Positions 24,012-32,000 are shown, counted from the first letter of the stretch. The stretch: 32,000 nt of DNA from Akkermansia muciniphila ATCC BAA-835 (GCF_000020225.1 NC_010655.1:690001-722000), one strand, 5' to 3'. Translations and numbers: made by a program. Notes: generated by a model not told the origin, from the letters alone.

Positions 24012-25076
24012 ATGAATATCGCAAAGACATTCCGCACTTTTTCCCGGACAGGCGGAGCCATTAATATTATTCGAGCTGCCGCATTCATTCTTCTTACCGT
24101 CCCGGCTTCAGCGCAAATACCGCCGGAGGCAAAGATGCTGGAACTGACTTTTCAGGAACAGGAAAGGAAAATCAACGACGCGGCTTTTGCCAAGTACAAG
24201 CCGGAGCTGGTCAGGCTCATGAATGAATGCGTTAAAAACGAGGATTTTGAACAGGCCAAGCATATCAGGGATATTCTCGAACGGAAGTCCCTGCCCGGCA
24301 TTCAGGAAGAGGAAAAAGAGGATTACTCGCATTTCATCGGGCAATGGGAAGAAACGGCGGGAGGATACGTTTATTTAAGCCGCTTTGATGGGAAGCAGGC
24401 GCAACAGAAGTCCGGCAATACCGGATGGCTGGGCAAAGGCGGAGTGGACAAGGATTTTTCATCCCCTGACATCATCAGGCTCAATGAAACCCGGACGGTA
24501 TGGTTCTACTGGATCAAAACGGACCGCGACGACCATATTTTCCAGGTTAACCACGCTACCAAACTGGTTTCCCTGTTAAAGCGGAAGGGAGCGCGCGAAA
24601 AAGAAGCGAATCGTTCCACCTATTCCTCATCTTTCCCTAAATTCGACCTTCTTTCTGAAAAAATCCATGCCGATATGGCAACCGGCAAAGGAAAACTGGC
24701 CCGGCAATACGCTCAAGCCCTGCAAAAAAAGAGCAGGGAATGGGGTGTTTCCGGTCATTTGGAAGCGGCCATCTGGGCGCGCAAACGGGCCGAGGGATTG
24801 CAAAAGGGGAATCATAAGGAGAAACAGCAACTCCAGGACATCACCGGAACATGGGACTTCCCTTCAGGCACCGTTCAAATTAAGGATCCGAAAGAATTCC
24901 GAATGGAGGGGGAAAGCATGACGTTCGAGTATCTGAGATCCTTAAATGACAGTGTCCACCTGTTCCATATCCAGGAAACCAAACAGAAGAAAATGGTAAC
25001 CCGGATTAACAACCTGCTTCTCATTATCCCTTATGACTGCCGCGGGCCATTCCAGGAAGGGGTTATGAAACCCTGA
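24012..25076 (+). CDS. Hypothetical secreted protein with an apparent internal two-module duplication (operon gene 5).
   Basis: 354 aa. The signal-like N-terminus is RTGGAINIIRAAAFILLTVPASAQ. There are two helix-plus-beta modules. Module 1 is ...DFEQAKHIRDILER...IGQWEETAGGYVYL. Module 2 is ...GHLEAAIWARKRAEGL...ITGTWDFPSGTVQI. Confidence 0.7.
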   Translation: MNIAKTFRTFSRTGGAINIIRAAAFILLTVPASAQIPPEAKMLELTFQEQERKINDAAFAKYKPELVRLMNECVKNEDFEQAKHIRDILERKSLPGIQEEEKEDYSHFIGQWEETAGGYVYLSRFDGKQAQQKSGNTGWLGKGGVDKDFSSPDIIRLNETRTVWFYWIKTDRDDHIFQVNHATKLVSLLKRKGAREKEANRSTYSSSFPKFDLLSEKIHADMATGKGKLARQYAQALQKKSREWGVSGHLEAAIWARKRAEGLQKGNHKEKQQLQDITGTWDFPSGTVQIKDPKEFRMEGESMTFEYLRSLNDSVHLFHIQETKQKKMVTRINNLLLIIPYDCRGPFQEGVMKP

Positions 25077-25082
25077 GCTTTT

Positions 25083-25107
25083 CCGTAAAAGAGCCTCTCT
25101 TTTACGG
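25083..25107. terminator. Perfect 11-bp-stem hairpin closing the operon; shared with the convergent small gene.
   Basis: CCGTAAAAGAG (25083-25093), loop CCT, CTCTTTTACGG (25097-25107). It lies 7 nt after the stop at 25076. No U tract on either strand. Confidence 0.45.
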
Positions 25108-25154
25108 GAAGCCCATTTCAGAAAACCGCAACCCATGCCTTTCCCGAATCAGGG

Positions 25155-25457
25155 TTACCCAAGCCCACCCCCGTCTGTCGATGATTTTAAGGCCATCAGC
25201 CTGGGCAGAGCCGTGTATTCACGGCCTTTTTTCATCAGGCCGCCGGCGCTCACCAGATTCTGGAGTTTTTCGTAAATCCTCAGCCTCAGGATTTCCTCTC
25301 CGCCCAGGGACATGTGCTTTGCCTTCATCACGACAACGGTACGCTGAAAAATGTCATTGAATTCCAGCATGCCCGCTTCATGAAGAATGAGAATAAGCTC
25401 ATCAGTCACCAAATCCGGTGTTTTGCGCGAGGAACGTGATCTCCTATCCTCCAGCAT
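25155..25457 (-). CDS. Small (100 aa) protein, possibly a winged-helix DNA-binding protein.
   Basis: The pattern DELILILHEAGMLEFNDIF ... EEILRLRIYEKLQNLVSAGGLMKKGREYTAL looks like helix-helix-recognition helix plus wing. No specific family recognised. Coding status rests on ORF length and context only. Confidence 0.45.
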   Translation of the reverse strand: MLEDRRSRSSRKTPDLVTDELILILHEAGMLEFNDIFQRTVVVMKAKHMSLGGEEILRLRIYEKLQNLVSAGGLMKKGREYTALPRLMALKSSTDGGGLG

Positions 25458-25722
25458 GATGATAGGATATTATCATGACACACTTCCAGCCGTCAAGTTG
25501 ATAAAATTTGCGTCATTTTCCACCGGCATACGGCTCAAAAAGTACCAAAGGCGAAGGGTCCGACAGCGAATGAGGCCTGTTCCGGAAACCGGAAATGAGT
25601 TGCCGCCCCTTCTCTCCGGAGGACTTACTTATCCAGAAGGAGAAAAGATTCTCTGCAAGAAAAGGGAACGGGGAACACGTATTACCTGCAGCCCGGGCAG
25701 CAATACGGAGCTTTTTACAGAG

Positions 25723-26484
25723 ATGAAAGGAAATAAACGGTTCATTTTCAGGTTATGTGCAGCAGCCGCGCTTTTTCTTAGCCTTTTTCCCCTGCAGGCC
25801 GGAGAATGCACGCTGATGAGCTATAACGTAAAGAACGGCACCGGCATGGACGGCAGGAGGGATTATGACCGCACGGCCCGGGTAATCACGGAGGAAAAAC
25901 CGGATGTCGCGGCCCTTCAGGAGCTGGACCAGGGGACAATCAGAAGCGGCGGCAGGGATACCCTGCAGGAATTGGCCGCAAGGACAACGTTGACGGGGAC
26001 CTATGCCAAGGCCATTGATTATTCAGGCGGTTCCTATGGAGTAGGTATTTTATCCAGGGAAAAACCTTTGAGCGTCAAACGGATTCCTTTACCCGGCAGG
26101 GAGGAGGCCCGTGTACTGTTGATGGCCGAGTTCAGGGATTACTGGTTTTGCGTCACGCATTTGTCCCTGACCAGGGAAGACAGCAACGCTTCCATTGATA
26201 TGATTGCCGCCCTGGCCGCAAAATGCAGCAAGCCCTTTTTTATTGCAGGGGATTTCAATTTAACGCCGGATTCGGAACCGATAACCCGGATGAAAAAATA
26301 TTTCATCCTGCTGAGCGATCCGGCCCAAAAAACGTTTCCCGCCGGGCATCCGAAGGAATGCATTGATTACATCTGGATGTACAGGGGAAAAAAGACGGAG
26401 GCGTTCCATGTGAAGGAACGCAGGGTAATTGAAGCTCCCGCCGCCTCTGACCACCGCCCGGTCAAGGTGACGGTCAGCTATTGA
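25723..26484 (+). CDS. Secreted endonuclease/exonuclease/phosphatase (EEP) family protein.
   Basis: Track ORF 25387..26484. The realistic start is ATG 25723 (MKGNKRFIFRLCAAAALFLSLFPLQAGE, a signal peptide). EEP blocks: LMSYNVKNG, AALQELD, FCVTHLS, IAGDFN, SDHRPV. Confidence 0.85.
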   Translation: MKGNKRFIFRLCAAAALFLSLFPLQAGECTLMSYNVKNGTGMDGRRDYDRTARVITEEKPDVAALQELDQGTIRSGGRDTLQELAARTTLTGTYAKAIDYSGGSYGVGILSREKPLSVKRIPLPGREEARVLLMAEFRDYWFCVTHLSLTREDSNASIDMIAALAAKCSKPFFIAGDFNLTPDSEPITRMKKYFILLSDPAQKTFPAGHPKECIDYIWMYRGKKTEAFHVKERRVIEAPAASDHRPVKVTVSY

Positions 26485-26502
26485 CATGATGCTTCCGGCC
26501 CG

Positions 26503-27210
26503 TCACCGGGTAGCCCGCGGGGCATTGACGCCGCCCACCAGCAGCACGATTTCCCCCCTGGGGGGGCGTTCCGCAAATTCCGCCGCCAGCCGGGAGGCCG
26601 GACCGCGATGGTAAGTTTCAAAGGTTTTTGTCAGTTCCCTGGCTACGCAGACGGGAATATCCGGATCCAACGCCGCCAGAGCCTGCACGGTTTTGACGAT
26701 GCGATGGGGGGATTCATAAAAAATACTGGTATGGGAAGCTTCCACTGCCGTTTGGAGCACAGCGTTTTTTTTCCCGGATTTGACGGGCAGAAAGCCGCCG
26801 AAGAAGAATGCGTCCGTAGGCAGTCCGGACCCCACCAATGCCGTCACCACGGCGGATGGCCCGGGAAGGACGGTGAAGCTTACTCCCTTTTCCTTGAGGG
26901 TCTGAATGAGACGATAGCCCGGATCGCTCACGCCAGGCATGCCCGCATCACTGATCACGGCAAAGCTTTCTCCGCCGGCCGCGCGCGCCGCAATTTCCCC
27001 GGCACGCGGCTGCTCATTGTGGTCATGCATGCTTACCAGCGGTTTGCGGATTTCATAATGGGAAAGCAGAAGACCGGAATGGCGGGTGTCCTCACACGCA
27101 ATGACATCCACCTTGCGCAGCACGTCCAGCGCCCGCAGGGTGATGTCCGCCCGGTTGCCGATCGGCACCGGAACAAAATAAACGCTGTATTCCACTTTCT
27201 CCATAAGCAC
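26503..27210 (-). CDS. rsmI: 16S rRNA (cytidine1402-2'-O)-methyltransferase.
   Basis: 235 aa. YFVPVPIGNRADITLRALDVLRKVDVIACEDTRHSGLLL and SDAGMPGVSDPG are RsmI / tetrapyrrole-methylase-fold signatures. Confidence 0.9.
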   Translation of the reverse strand: MLMEKVEYSVYFVPVPIGNRADITLRALDVLRKVDVIACEDTRHSGLLLSHYEIRKPLVSMHDHNEQPRAGEIAARAAGGESFAVISDAGMPGVSDPGYRLIQTLKEKGVSFTVLPGPSAVVTALVGSGLPTDAFFFGGFLPVKSGKKNAVLQTAVEASHTSIFYESPHRIVKTVQALAALDPDIPVCVARELTKTFETYHRGPASRLAAEFAERPPRGEIVLLVGGVNAPRATR

Positions 27211-27233
27211 AGATTTTCCTGAACCGGGCGGGA

Positions 27234-27749
27234 TTAGCCATTGGTAAGGGTTTCCGCAATGGAAGTAGCCACCAGACGGGCCGCATAGGAAAGGGCATTC
27301 GTGCGGGCCGACTGAATGTTGCCCTGGTCAAAGAATTGACCTACTTCCTCCGCAGAGCCGGCATACAGAATTTCCTGCGTCCTGGCGTCCACCACACGGT
27401 ATTTGACAGACAGGCGCAACCCAAGTTCCGTACTCTTGTAGGTGTCTTCCCGGCTGGATCGCAACTGGTCGAAGGTGATGGAGTACACTTCCCCCTCCAC
27501 CCGGATATCCGCATCCGCGCCGGAGCTTAACCGGTAGGTGCCGTCCCGCTGCAGCTCATCCGCCAAGGCGCCGGTCACCAGCGTGGCGGCACGGGGCTCC
27601 AAAGAGTTGTTGGCAAAAAGGCATACCTTAACGGTCTGGGCCAGTTCCAACTTGGGCGGCTTGGTGCCGCCAAGCTGGTAACCGCAAGAACCGGCCAGGA
27701 GGCAAAAAACGGGCAGGAAGAGTTTGAAAACGTTCCGGATACGGTTCAT
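27234..27749 (-). CDS. lptE: LptE-like LPS-assembly lipoprotein.
   Basis: 171 aa. Lipobox LLAGSC is followed directly by GYQLGG, as in the LptE family (CGFxLRG). Size and the alternating beta pattern fit. Confidence 0.6.
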   Translation of the reverse strand: MNRIRNVFKLFLPVFCLLAGSCGYQLGGTKPPKLELAQTVKVCLFANNSLEPRAATLVTGALADELQRDGTYRLSSGADADIRVEGEVYSITFDQLRSSREDTYKSTELGLRLSVKYRVVDARTQEILYAGSAEEVGQFFDQGNIQSARTNALSYAARLVATSIAETLTNG

Positions 27750-27767
27750 GAGGACGGAGAGTTCCTG

Positions 27768-28718
27768 TTATCTGCTGGTCACGCGCAGTTCTTTCAGGCG
27801 GGCCTTCGCCCTGGCGGCGGCGGCGGGATTGATGCTGCCTTTGGAGGCTACTTCCTGGTAGCAGAAGACGGCGGCATCCGCATCTTTCATCTTGGTCAGG
27901 TAGTATTCCGCCACTTCCAGCTGCTGGGCCACCAGCTCACGCTTCATGGCCGCCAGATCGGCACGGGCGGCTCCCGCACGGGCGCTGTTGGGATAACGCT
28001 GAAGGTAGTCTTCATACGCTTCCTGAGCGCGGGCCACATTGACGTGGTTGCGGTCTCCGTCCGCAGCAGCCTGGCGATACAGGGTGGCTATCTGGAGCTG
28101 GGCCGTGGGGGCCAGCGGAGAGTTGGGGTAATTGTCCACCAGGTTCTGGTATGCCTCTATGGCCTCCTTCATCCGGCCGCGCGCGGCCAGGTAATTGCCC
28201 AGCACGTTCATGGCCTGCGGGGCGGTAGGGGCATACGGGGCGTTGTCGCGCACATGCTTCAGCCATTCCGTGACGTTCGTGGGATCCATCCTGACGTCAA
28301 ACATCCACAGCACGCGGTTGGTCAGCGCGCCGCTCGCAGCGCCGAAGGCCATTTCCTTCTGCCGGGACATGGCCTGCCTGTACAGGGGGCTGTCCGGGTG
28401 GCGGTCAATGAGTTTCTGGTACTGGTCAAACGCTTCCGCAGGTTCCTTGCGGGCCTCATAGAGTTCCGCCATTCTGAACCGGGCCAGGGGAGCTTCCCTG
28501 GAAAGGGGGTGTTTTTCCACCACGCGCCTGTATTTCTTGATGGCCCCGGAGAGATCATTCTTCGCTTCCTTTGCCCTGGCTTCCTGCATCAGGGCAATCG
28601 CCTGCTGATCCACCATGCGGACGGTTCCGGGAGGAGGAGGCGCTTCCGAAGAGCATTGGCACAGGGCCAGCGCCCCGGAAACGGCAGCCATCATGAGAAA
28701 CAGTTTTTTCACATTCAT
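27768..28718 (-). CDS. TPR lipoprotein, BamD/YfiO-like outer-membrane assembly factor.
   Basis: 316 aa. Lipobox LALCQC. Repeated (H/Y)P(x)S..A units: HPLSREAPLARFRMAELY, HPDSPLYRQAM, YPNSPLAPTAQLQIATLY, YPNSARAGAARADLA. It is adjacent to the lptE-like gene. Confidence 0.55.
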   Translation of the reverse strand: MNVKKLFLMMAAVSGALALCQCSSEAPPPPGTVRMVDQQAIALMQEARAKEAKNDLSGAIKKYRRVVEKHPLSREAPLARFRMAELYEARKEPAEAFDQYQKLIDRHPDSPLYRQAMSRQKEMAFGAASGALTNRVLWMFDVRMDPTNVTEWLKHVRDNAPYAPTAPQAMNVLGNYLAARGRMKEAIEAYQNLVDNYPNSPLAPTAQLQIATLYRQAAADGDRNHVNVARAQEAYEDYLQRYPNSARAGAARADLAAMKRELVAQQLEVAEYYLTKMKDADAAVFCYQEVASKGSINPAAAARAKARLKELRVTSR

Positions 28719-28781
28719 GATTTTACAGCAGAAAAAGAGGGCGCGTCAATCCGGCGAACGCAGATTGACGCGCAAAAAGAG

Positions 28782-29273
28782 TTAATGGCCCTTGCCGTAC
28801 ACGGCTTCGGCATCAAAAACGACGCCTCCGTCCGCTTCACGCAGCGTGACGCCCCCCCCCTGGGGCTGGGCTTTCAGTTCATCGCCGAACGGAACGGAAC
28901 GGTAAAAGCAGGAGTGGTGCCCGGTGTGGCAGGCTCCGGCGCCGCACTGGTCCACCAGCACAATCAGGGCATCCTGGTCACAGTCAACCAGGATTTGCTT
29001 TACTTTTTGCACATGGCCGCTGGTAGCGCCCTTATGCCAGATTTCCTGACGGCTGCGGGAATAGTAGACGGCTTCCCCCAGTTCCATGGTCATGCGCAGG
29101 GATTCCGCATTCATATAGGCCAGCATCAGCGGTTCATGGGTAATATGATCCATGGCGAGGGCCGGAATCAGGCCGTTCTGGTCAAATTTGGGGGCGAATT
29201 CCACGCCTTTTTCCACATTCACCTTGCCGCGGTCGGCAAAGACAATCCGGGATGAGATGTCATTTTGTTCCAT
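28782..29273 (-). CDS. hisI: Phosphoribosyl-AMP cyclohydrolase with a ~40-aa C-terminal tail.
   Basis: Start placed at MEQNDISS (ATG 29273); the track start at 29366 would overlap holB. The HisI core is present: [67 protein letters not shown]. Confidence 0.85.
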   Translation of the reverse strand: MEQNDISSRIVFADRGKVNVEKGVEFAPKFDQNGLIPALAMDHITHEPLMLAYMNAESLRMTMELGEAVYYSRSRQEIWHKGATSGHVQKVKQILVDCDQDALIVLVDQCGAGACHTGHHSCFYRSVPFGDELKAQPQGGGVTLREADGGVVFDAEAVYGKGH

Positions 29274-29359
29274 AACCGGCCCCCTTAGTACATGAAATAT
29301 CCGACATATACCAATCTTTTCTGTTGCCCTGACGCAACGAAATGTTTTCATAGGAGCAT

Positions 29360-30328
29360 ATGGCATTTACGGCATCCCAAGCGTTCGACCTGCTGCGCAC
29401 CGCCTTCTCCCGCAACCGGCTTCCCCATGCCCTGCTCATCGTGGGAGACGAGCACCAGGGAGCCTCCCGCCTGATCCTGCAACTGCTGGAGCTGATAAAC
29501 GGCATCCGGGCAGACCATCTGGACAGTGTAAGGGACGAGTATTGCCGGCTGGTGCGCCCCAAGTCCAAGTCGCGCCGCATCCTGCGGGATGATATCCGCG
29601 CCGTGGAACCCTTTTTGCAACAGCGCGCGGCGGAGGGGAAATGGAAGATAGCCGTGTTCATGGATGCGGAGCGGATGAATGACGAGGCCGCCAACGCTTT
29701 CCTGAAAACCCTGGAGGAACCGCCCGGCCAGTGTCTGCTCATTTTGTCCACCTCCCAGCCGGACCAGCTTCTCCAGACAATTATTTCCCGCTGCGTGCGC
29801 GTCAATCTGCTGCAATCCGGAGAATTCAGGCTCACTCCTATTCAGGAGGCCCTGCTCCCGCACTGGCTGGAGACCTGCCGCAATCTGAATAATGACCTGG
29901 CCGCTCTGGCCTTCCGCAGCAGGTTCATGGACGTCATGGCGGAGGCCAAGGCCGCCATCACCAAAAACCTGAACCAGGCTCTGAAAGATGAAGCCAGGGA
30001 AGCAGCCCAGGGTACGGACGCCTCCGACTGGGAGGCCCGCAATAAGGACGCGAACGCCGCCCAGATAGAGACGGAATATCTGGAACAGCGCAATCAGGCC
30101 CTGGAACTGCTCATCAGCTGGTTTGGCCAGGCAGCCCTGATTGCCTCCGGAGCCCCGGAAGTCGCTCCGATTCATCCGGAGGTGCGCACGCTGGCCGCCC
30201 AGATGCCCGTGAACGAATTGCTGAAACGCATGGAGGCCCTCAACAGGCTCCGTGATGATTTGAATTTCAATATTCACGAAGCCCTGGCCCTGGATGTCCA
30301 CCTGCTGGCGGCCGTCGGGTCCTGCTGA
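29360..30328 (+). CDS. holB: DNA polymerase III delta-prime subunit.
   Basis: 322 aa. [28 protein letters not shown] and ISRC (sensor) appear in the delta-prime order. Confidence 0.8.
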   Translation: MAFTASQAFDLLRTAFSRNRLPHALLIVGDEHQGASRLILQLLELINGIRADHLDSVRDEYCRLVRPKSKSRRILRDDIRAVEPFLQQRAAEGKWKIAVFMDAERMNDEAANAFLKTLEEPPGQCLLILSTSQPDQLLQTIISRCVRVNLLQSGEFRLTPIQEALLPHWLETCRNLNNDLAALAFRSRFMDVMAEAKAAITKNLNQALKDEAREAAQGTDASDWEARNKDANAAQIETEYLEQRNQALELLISWFGQAALIASGAPEVAPIHPEVRTLAAQMPVNELLKRMEALNRLRDDLNFNIHEALALDVHLLAAVGSC

Positions 30329-30389
30329 CGAACAACCCCGCCTGTTACCGTCGGGCCGCGCACGGCATTGGAAAAGGCGCAGAAGGTCT

Positions 30390-30905
30390 CTATTTTTCCC
30401 TTTCCTTCCGGAGCAGGGGCGCCATGATTTCCTCATAGGCGCGGAATTTCTGCTCATACGTCAGCCGCGCCGCCGCCGGACTGGTGGAAGGCATTTGAAT
30501 GACGGAAAGCGTTTCCCGAAGGAACAGTTCGGGAAAATACCGTTTAAGGTATTTATGGGAAGCGGTGCCGTTGCAGCAGACCACGCCGATGCCCGGGAAG
30601 CGATCCAGCAGGGCCGCAATGTCATTGGGCCGTTCCTGGGAGATGTGCTGGTCCAGGCTGCCGGGCCTGACGCCGGAGGCCACCACGTCCCACAGCCCCA
30701 CCCCGCCCCGGTTGAGCAGGGACAGGCGTTCCCCATATGGCAGGGAGGGATCGAACCCCAGAAGGGACCCCATGATTTTCCAGAACGCGTTGCGGGGATG
30801 GGCATAATACTGGGCCTGACGCAGGGATTCGTCTCCCGGCAGGGAACCGAGCACCAGCACGGAACAGTCCGGGGTGACGGAAGGAGGGAAGGAGCATTTT
30901 TTCAC
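30390..30905 (-). CDS. DNA-deoxyinosine (hypoxanthine) glycosylase, UDG superfamily.
   Basis: 171 aa with a GTG start (GTGAAAAAATGC). VLVLGSLPGDESLRQAQYYAHPRNAFW matches the LGSxPSxxS...YYxHPxNxFW signature of this family. A late STSPAA block is also present. Confidence 0.7.
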   Translation of the reverse strand: MKKCSFPPSVTPDCSVLVLGSLPGDESLRQAQYYAHPRNAFWKIMGSLLGFDPSLPYGERLSLLNRGGVGLWDVVASGVRPGSLDQHISQERPNDIAALLDRFPGIGVVCCNGTASHKYLKRYFPELFLRETLSVIQMPSTSPAAARLTYEQKFRAYEEIMAPLLRKEREK

Positions 30906-30917
30906 GGCGGGAAACGG

Positions 30918-31724
30918 TCAGGGGTTCTGCATGCCGGAATGCCTGCGCACTTCCTTCATGCCCACTTCCTGCCGAAGCAGGGAGGACAGCCACGAGTGGC
31001 TTCCCACGGAGGGGGCCAGGTTGAACCGTTCCGGCCTGGTGATGCGCGTGAAAATGACGCGCCTGATCCGCGATTTGGGCACCGTCCTGGCTCCGTAACC
31101 GTCCGGAATGTTGGAGGACCAGAACGTTACCTGATCCCCTCCATCCTTCACCAGGACGGTCAGATGGCCGGATTCCCGGCGCCCGATGCGGTCCGTCCAG
31201 AAAATTTTCATGAAGTCGCCGGGGCGGGCCTTCCTCCAGTCCTCAAAGTTGATGCCGGCTCCCAGCCTGTGCACCAGGACGGCCAGGCCGGGGCCATTGG
31301 CGTTCGCCCATCCCCACGGCCCTTCCCCGTCATGCTGGCCGAAGCGGGGGATGAGGGCCAGCCACGCGCGTTCGGAAATAACGGGCCGCGGCTGTGCAGA
31401 GTCCCATATCTGCAGGGATTTCAAAAGGAGCAGGTAGCAGGCGGAGGAACAGAAGGAGGGCGTGGCGTTACGGAGAAGAAAAACGGGACGGCGCGTGCGG
31501 GGGTCCCAGCGGCAGGCTTTCTCCGCAAGGGCCTGCATGGCTTCCCTGCTGGTTTCGTAGCCGCCGCCGTTCCGGAACTGGGAAAGTCCGGTCCGCAGGG
31601 CCTGGTACCAAGAAGCCGCCCCCGAAGGCACAACGCTCCCCCGCCCCGTGGAAGAAAGGTCCGCAGCCGATGCTGCGGAGCACAGCAATCCAAGACAGCA
31701 AATTAATGTCAGGGCGTTCCTCAT
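30918..31724 (-). CDS. Hypothetical secreted protein with a Cys...His arrangement reminiscent of a papain/NlpC-P60-like fold.
   Basis: Start placed at MRNALTLICCLGLLCSAASA (signal peptide); the track start is 31763. PSFCSSACYLLLL and PGDFMKIFW...SGHLTVLV resemble the catalytic Cys and His blocks of NlpC/P60-type hydrolases. The functional call is weak. Confidence 0.55.
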   Translation of the reverse strand: MRNALTLICCLGLLCSAASAADLSSTGRGSVVPSGAASWYQALRTGLSQFRNGGGYETSREAMQALAEKACRWDPRTRRPVFLLRNATPSFCSSACYLLLLKSLQIWDSAQPRPVISERAWLALIPRFGQHDGEGPWGWANANGPGLAVLVHRLGAGINFEDWRKARPGDFMKIFWTDRIGRRESGHLTVLVKDGGDQVTFWSSNIPDGYGARTVPKSRIRRVIFTRITRPERFNLAPSVGSHSWLSSLLRQEVGMKEVRRHSGMQNP

Positions 31725-31978
31725 CCTTGCTCCGCAGGGTATACGGACGGTGGAAAATATCAAGGGCGGATTGCGTGCGGCACTGTACGAAAAGGAAAGA
31801 AGGCCATAGCCTTTTCCCCGGAATTCCTGTTGTTTTGTCTGGACTTATCGCCCGGCGTCCCGTACTGTGCGTCAGGTCACGCGCCGGGTATGCGGAGCGG
31901 AGAGGCAACGCACCTTGGGCGGACCTTGTTTCCGGCATTTATTTTTAACCACCACGGACCACATAGAGGCATCATACC

Positions 31979-32000
31979 ATGGCAAAACGCGAAGATATCC
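31979..32000 (+). CDS. Start of a CDS running out of the window; the N-terminus resembles translation initiation factor IF-1.
   Basis: ATG GCA AAA CGC GAA GAT ATC translates to MAKREDI, compared with the MAK(E/K/D)(E/D)xIE start of IF-1 proteins. Only 7 codons are visible. Confidence 0.2.

Larger units (their letters stand above)
19686..25110. mobile_element. Recombinase-associated accessory island or module: recombinase, switch region and a five-gene lower-GC operon.
   Basis: A recombinase gene sits at one edge. G+C drops in hand-counted lines: 20/60 at 22321-22380 and 22/60 at 22741-22800, against 34/60 at 19381-19440 and 43/60 at 11881-11940. It is flanked by intact core genes. I found no convincing flanking direct repeats, so the boundaries are approximate. 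Confidence 0.45.

Noticed and set aside
19644-25722. Search for att-type direct repeats flanking the island.
   Set aside because: The only shared string I found between the left junction (19644-19700) and candidate right junctions is the 7-mer CCGTCAA (about 19662 and about 25491). That is compatible with chance, so the island borders remain undefined.
10456-29366. Other N-terminal extensions in the ORF track: 10456-10509, 17313-17498, 17359-17472, 25387-25722, 29274-29366 and 31725-31763.
   Set aside because: In each case, family homology or the signal peptide begins at an internal Met. The extension overlaps a neighbouring gene or its promoter region.
29348-31706. Long antisense ORFs 29348..30457 (minus) and 30294..31706 (plus).
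   Set aside because: They lie opposite holB and opposite the glycosylase/secreted-protein pair respectively. Their translations are Gly/Arg/Pro-rich and lack motifs.
1-32000. CRISPR arrays, rRNA, IS/transposase genes, phage structural genes, reverse transcriptase, toxin-antitoxin pairs.
   Set aside because: I found no regularly spaced repeats, no transposase, RT or capsid-like motifs, and no rRNA-like segments on reading both strands.

Overview
This is a high-GC chromosomal segment; hand-counted 60-nt lines in core genes give about 55-70% G+C. The gene content and protein style (PATR beta-helix surface protein, Zn-ribbon Ser/Thr kinase, TPR lipoproteins) look like Verrucomicrobiota. My guess is an Akkermansia-like gut bacterium, from recognition only and not verified.

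Most of the window is ordinary core genome. In order it contains tRNA-Asp, ilvA, maf, hflX, a Ser/Thr kinase, an ASKHA sugar kinase, a CPBP protease, thiL, an OlsF-like two-domain acyltransferase and cmk-plsC-recF. These are followed by a flavin reductase, rnc and a porin. After the island come rsmI, an lptE-like gene, a BamD-like gene, hisI, holB and a hypoxanthine-DNA-glycosylase-family gene.

The exception is 19.7-25.5 kb. A tyrosine recombinase there is transcribed divergently from a tightly packed, lower-GC five-gene operon of uncharacterised membrane and secreted proteins, including a MORN-repeat polytopic protein and a DUF1311/LprI-like protein.

Between the recombinase and the operon lies a 127-bp segment bracketed by 17-bp inverted repeats. 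A second, 142-bp segment bracketed by perfect 15-bp inverted repeats of the same family lies about 18.9 kb away, directly upstream of the PATR surface-protein gene. The repeat family is CGGATT-N3-AATCCG, and each left-hand repeat has an adjacent TTGACT.

I read this as a candidate recombinase-driven invertible-promoter (phase-variation) system with at least two targets, one of which is an acquired envelope module of unknown function. That is the most interesting signal in the window. I saw no CRISPR array, rRNA, transposase or phage structural genes.
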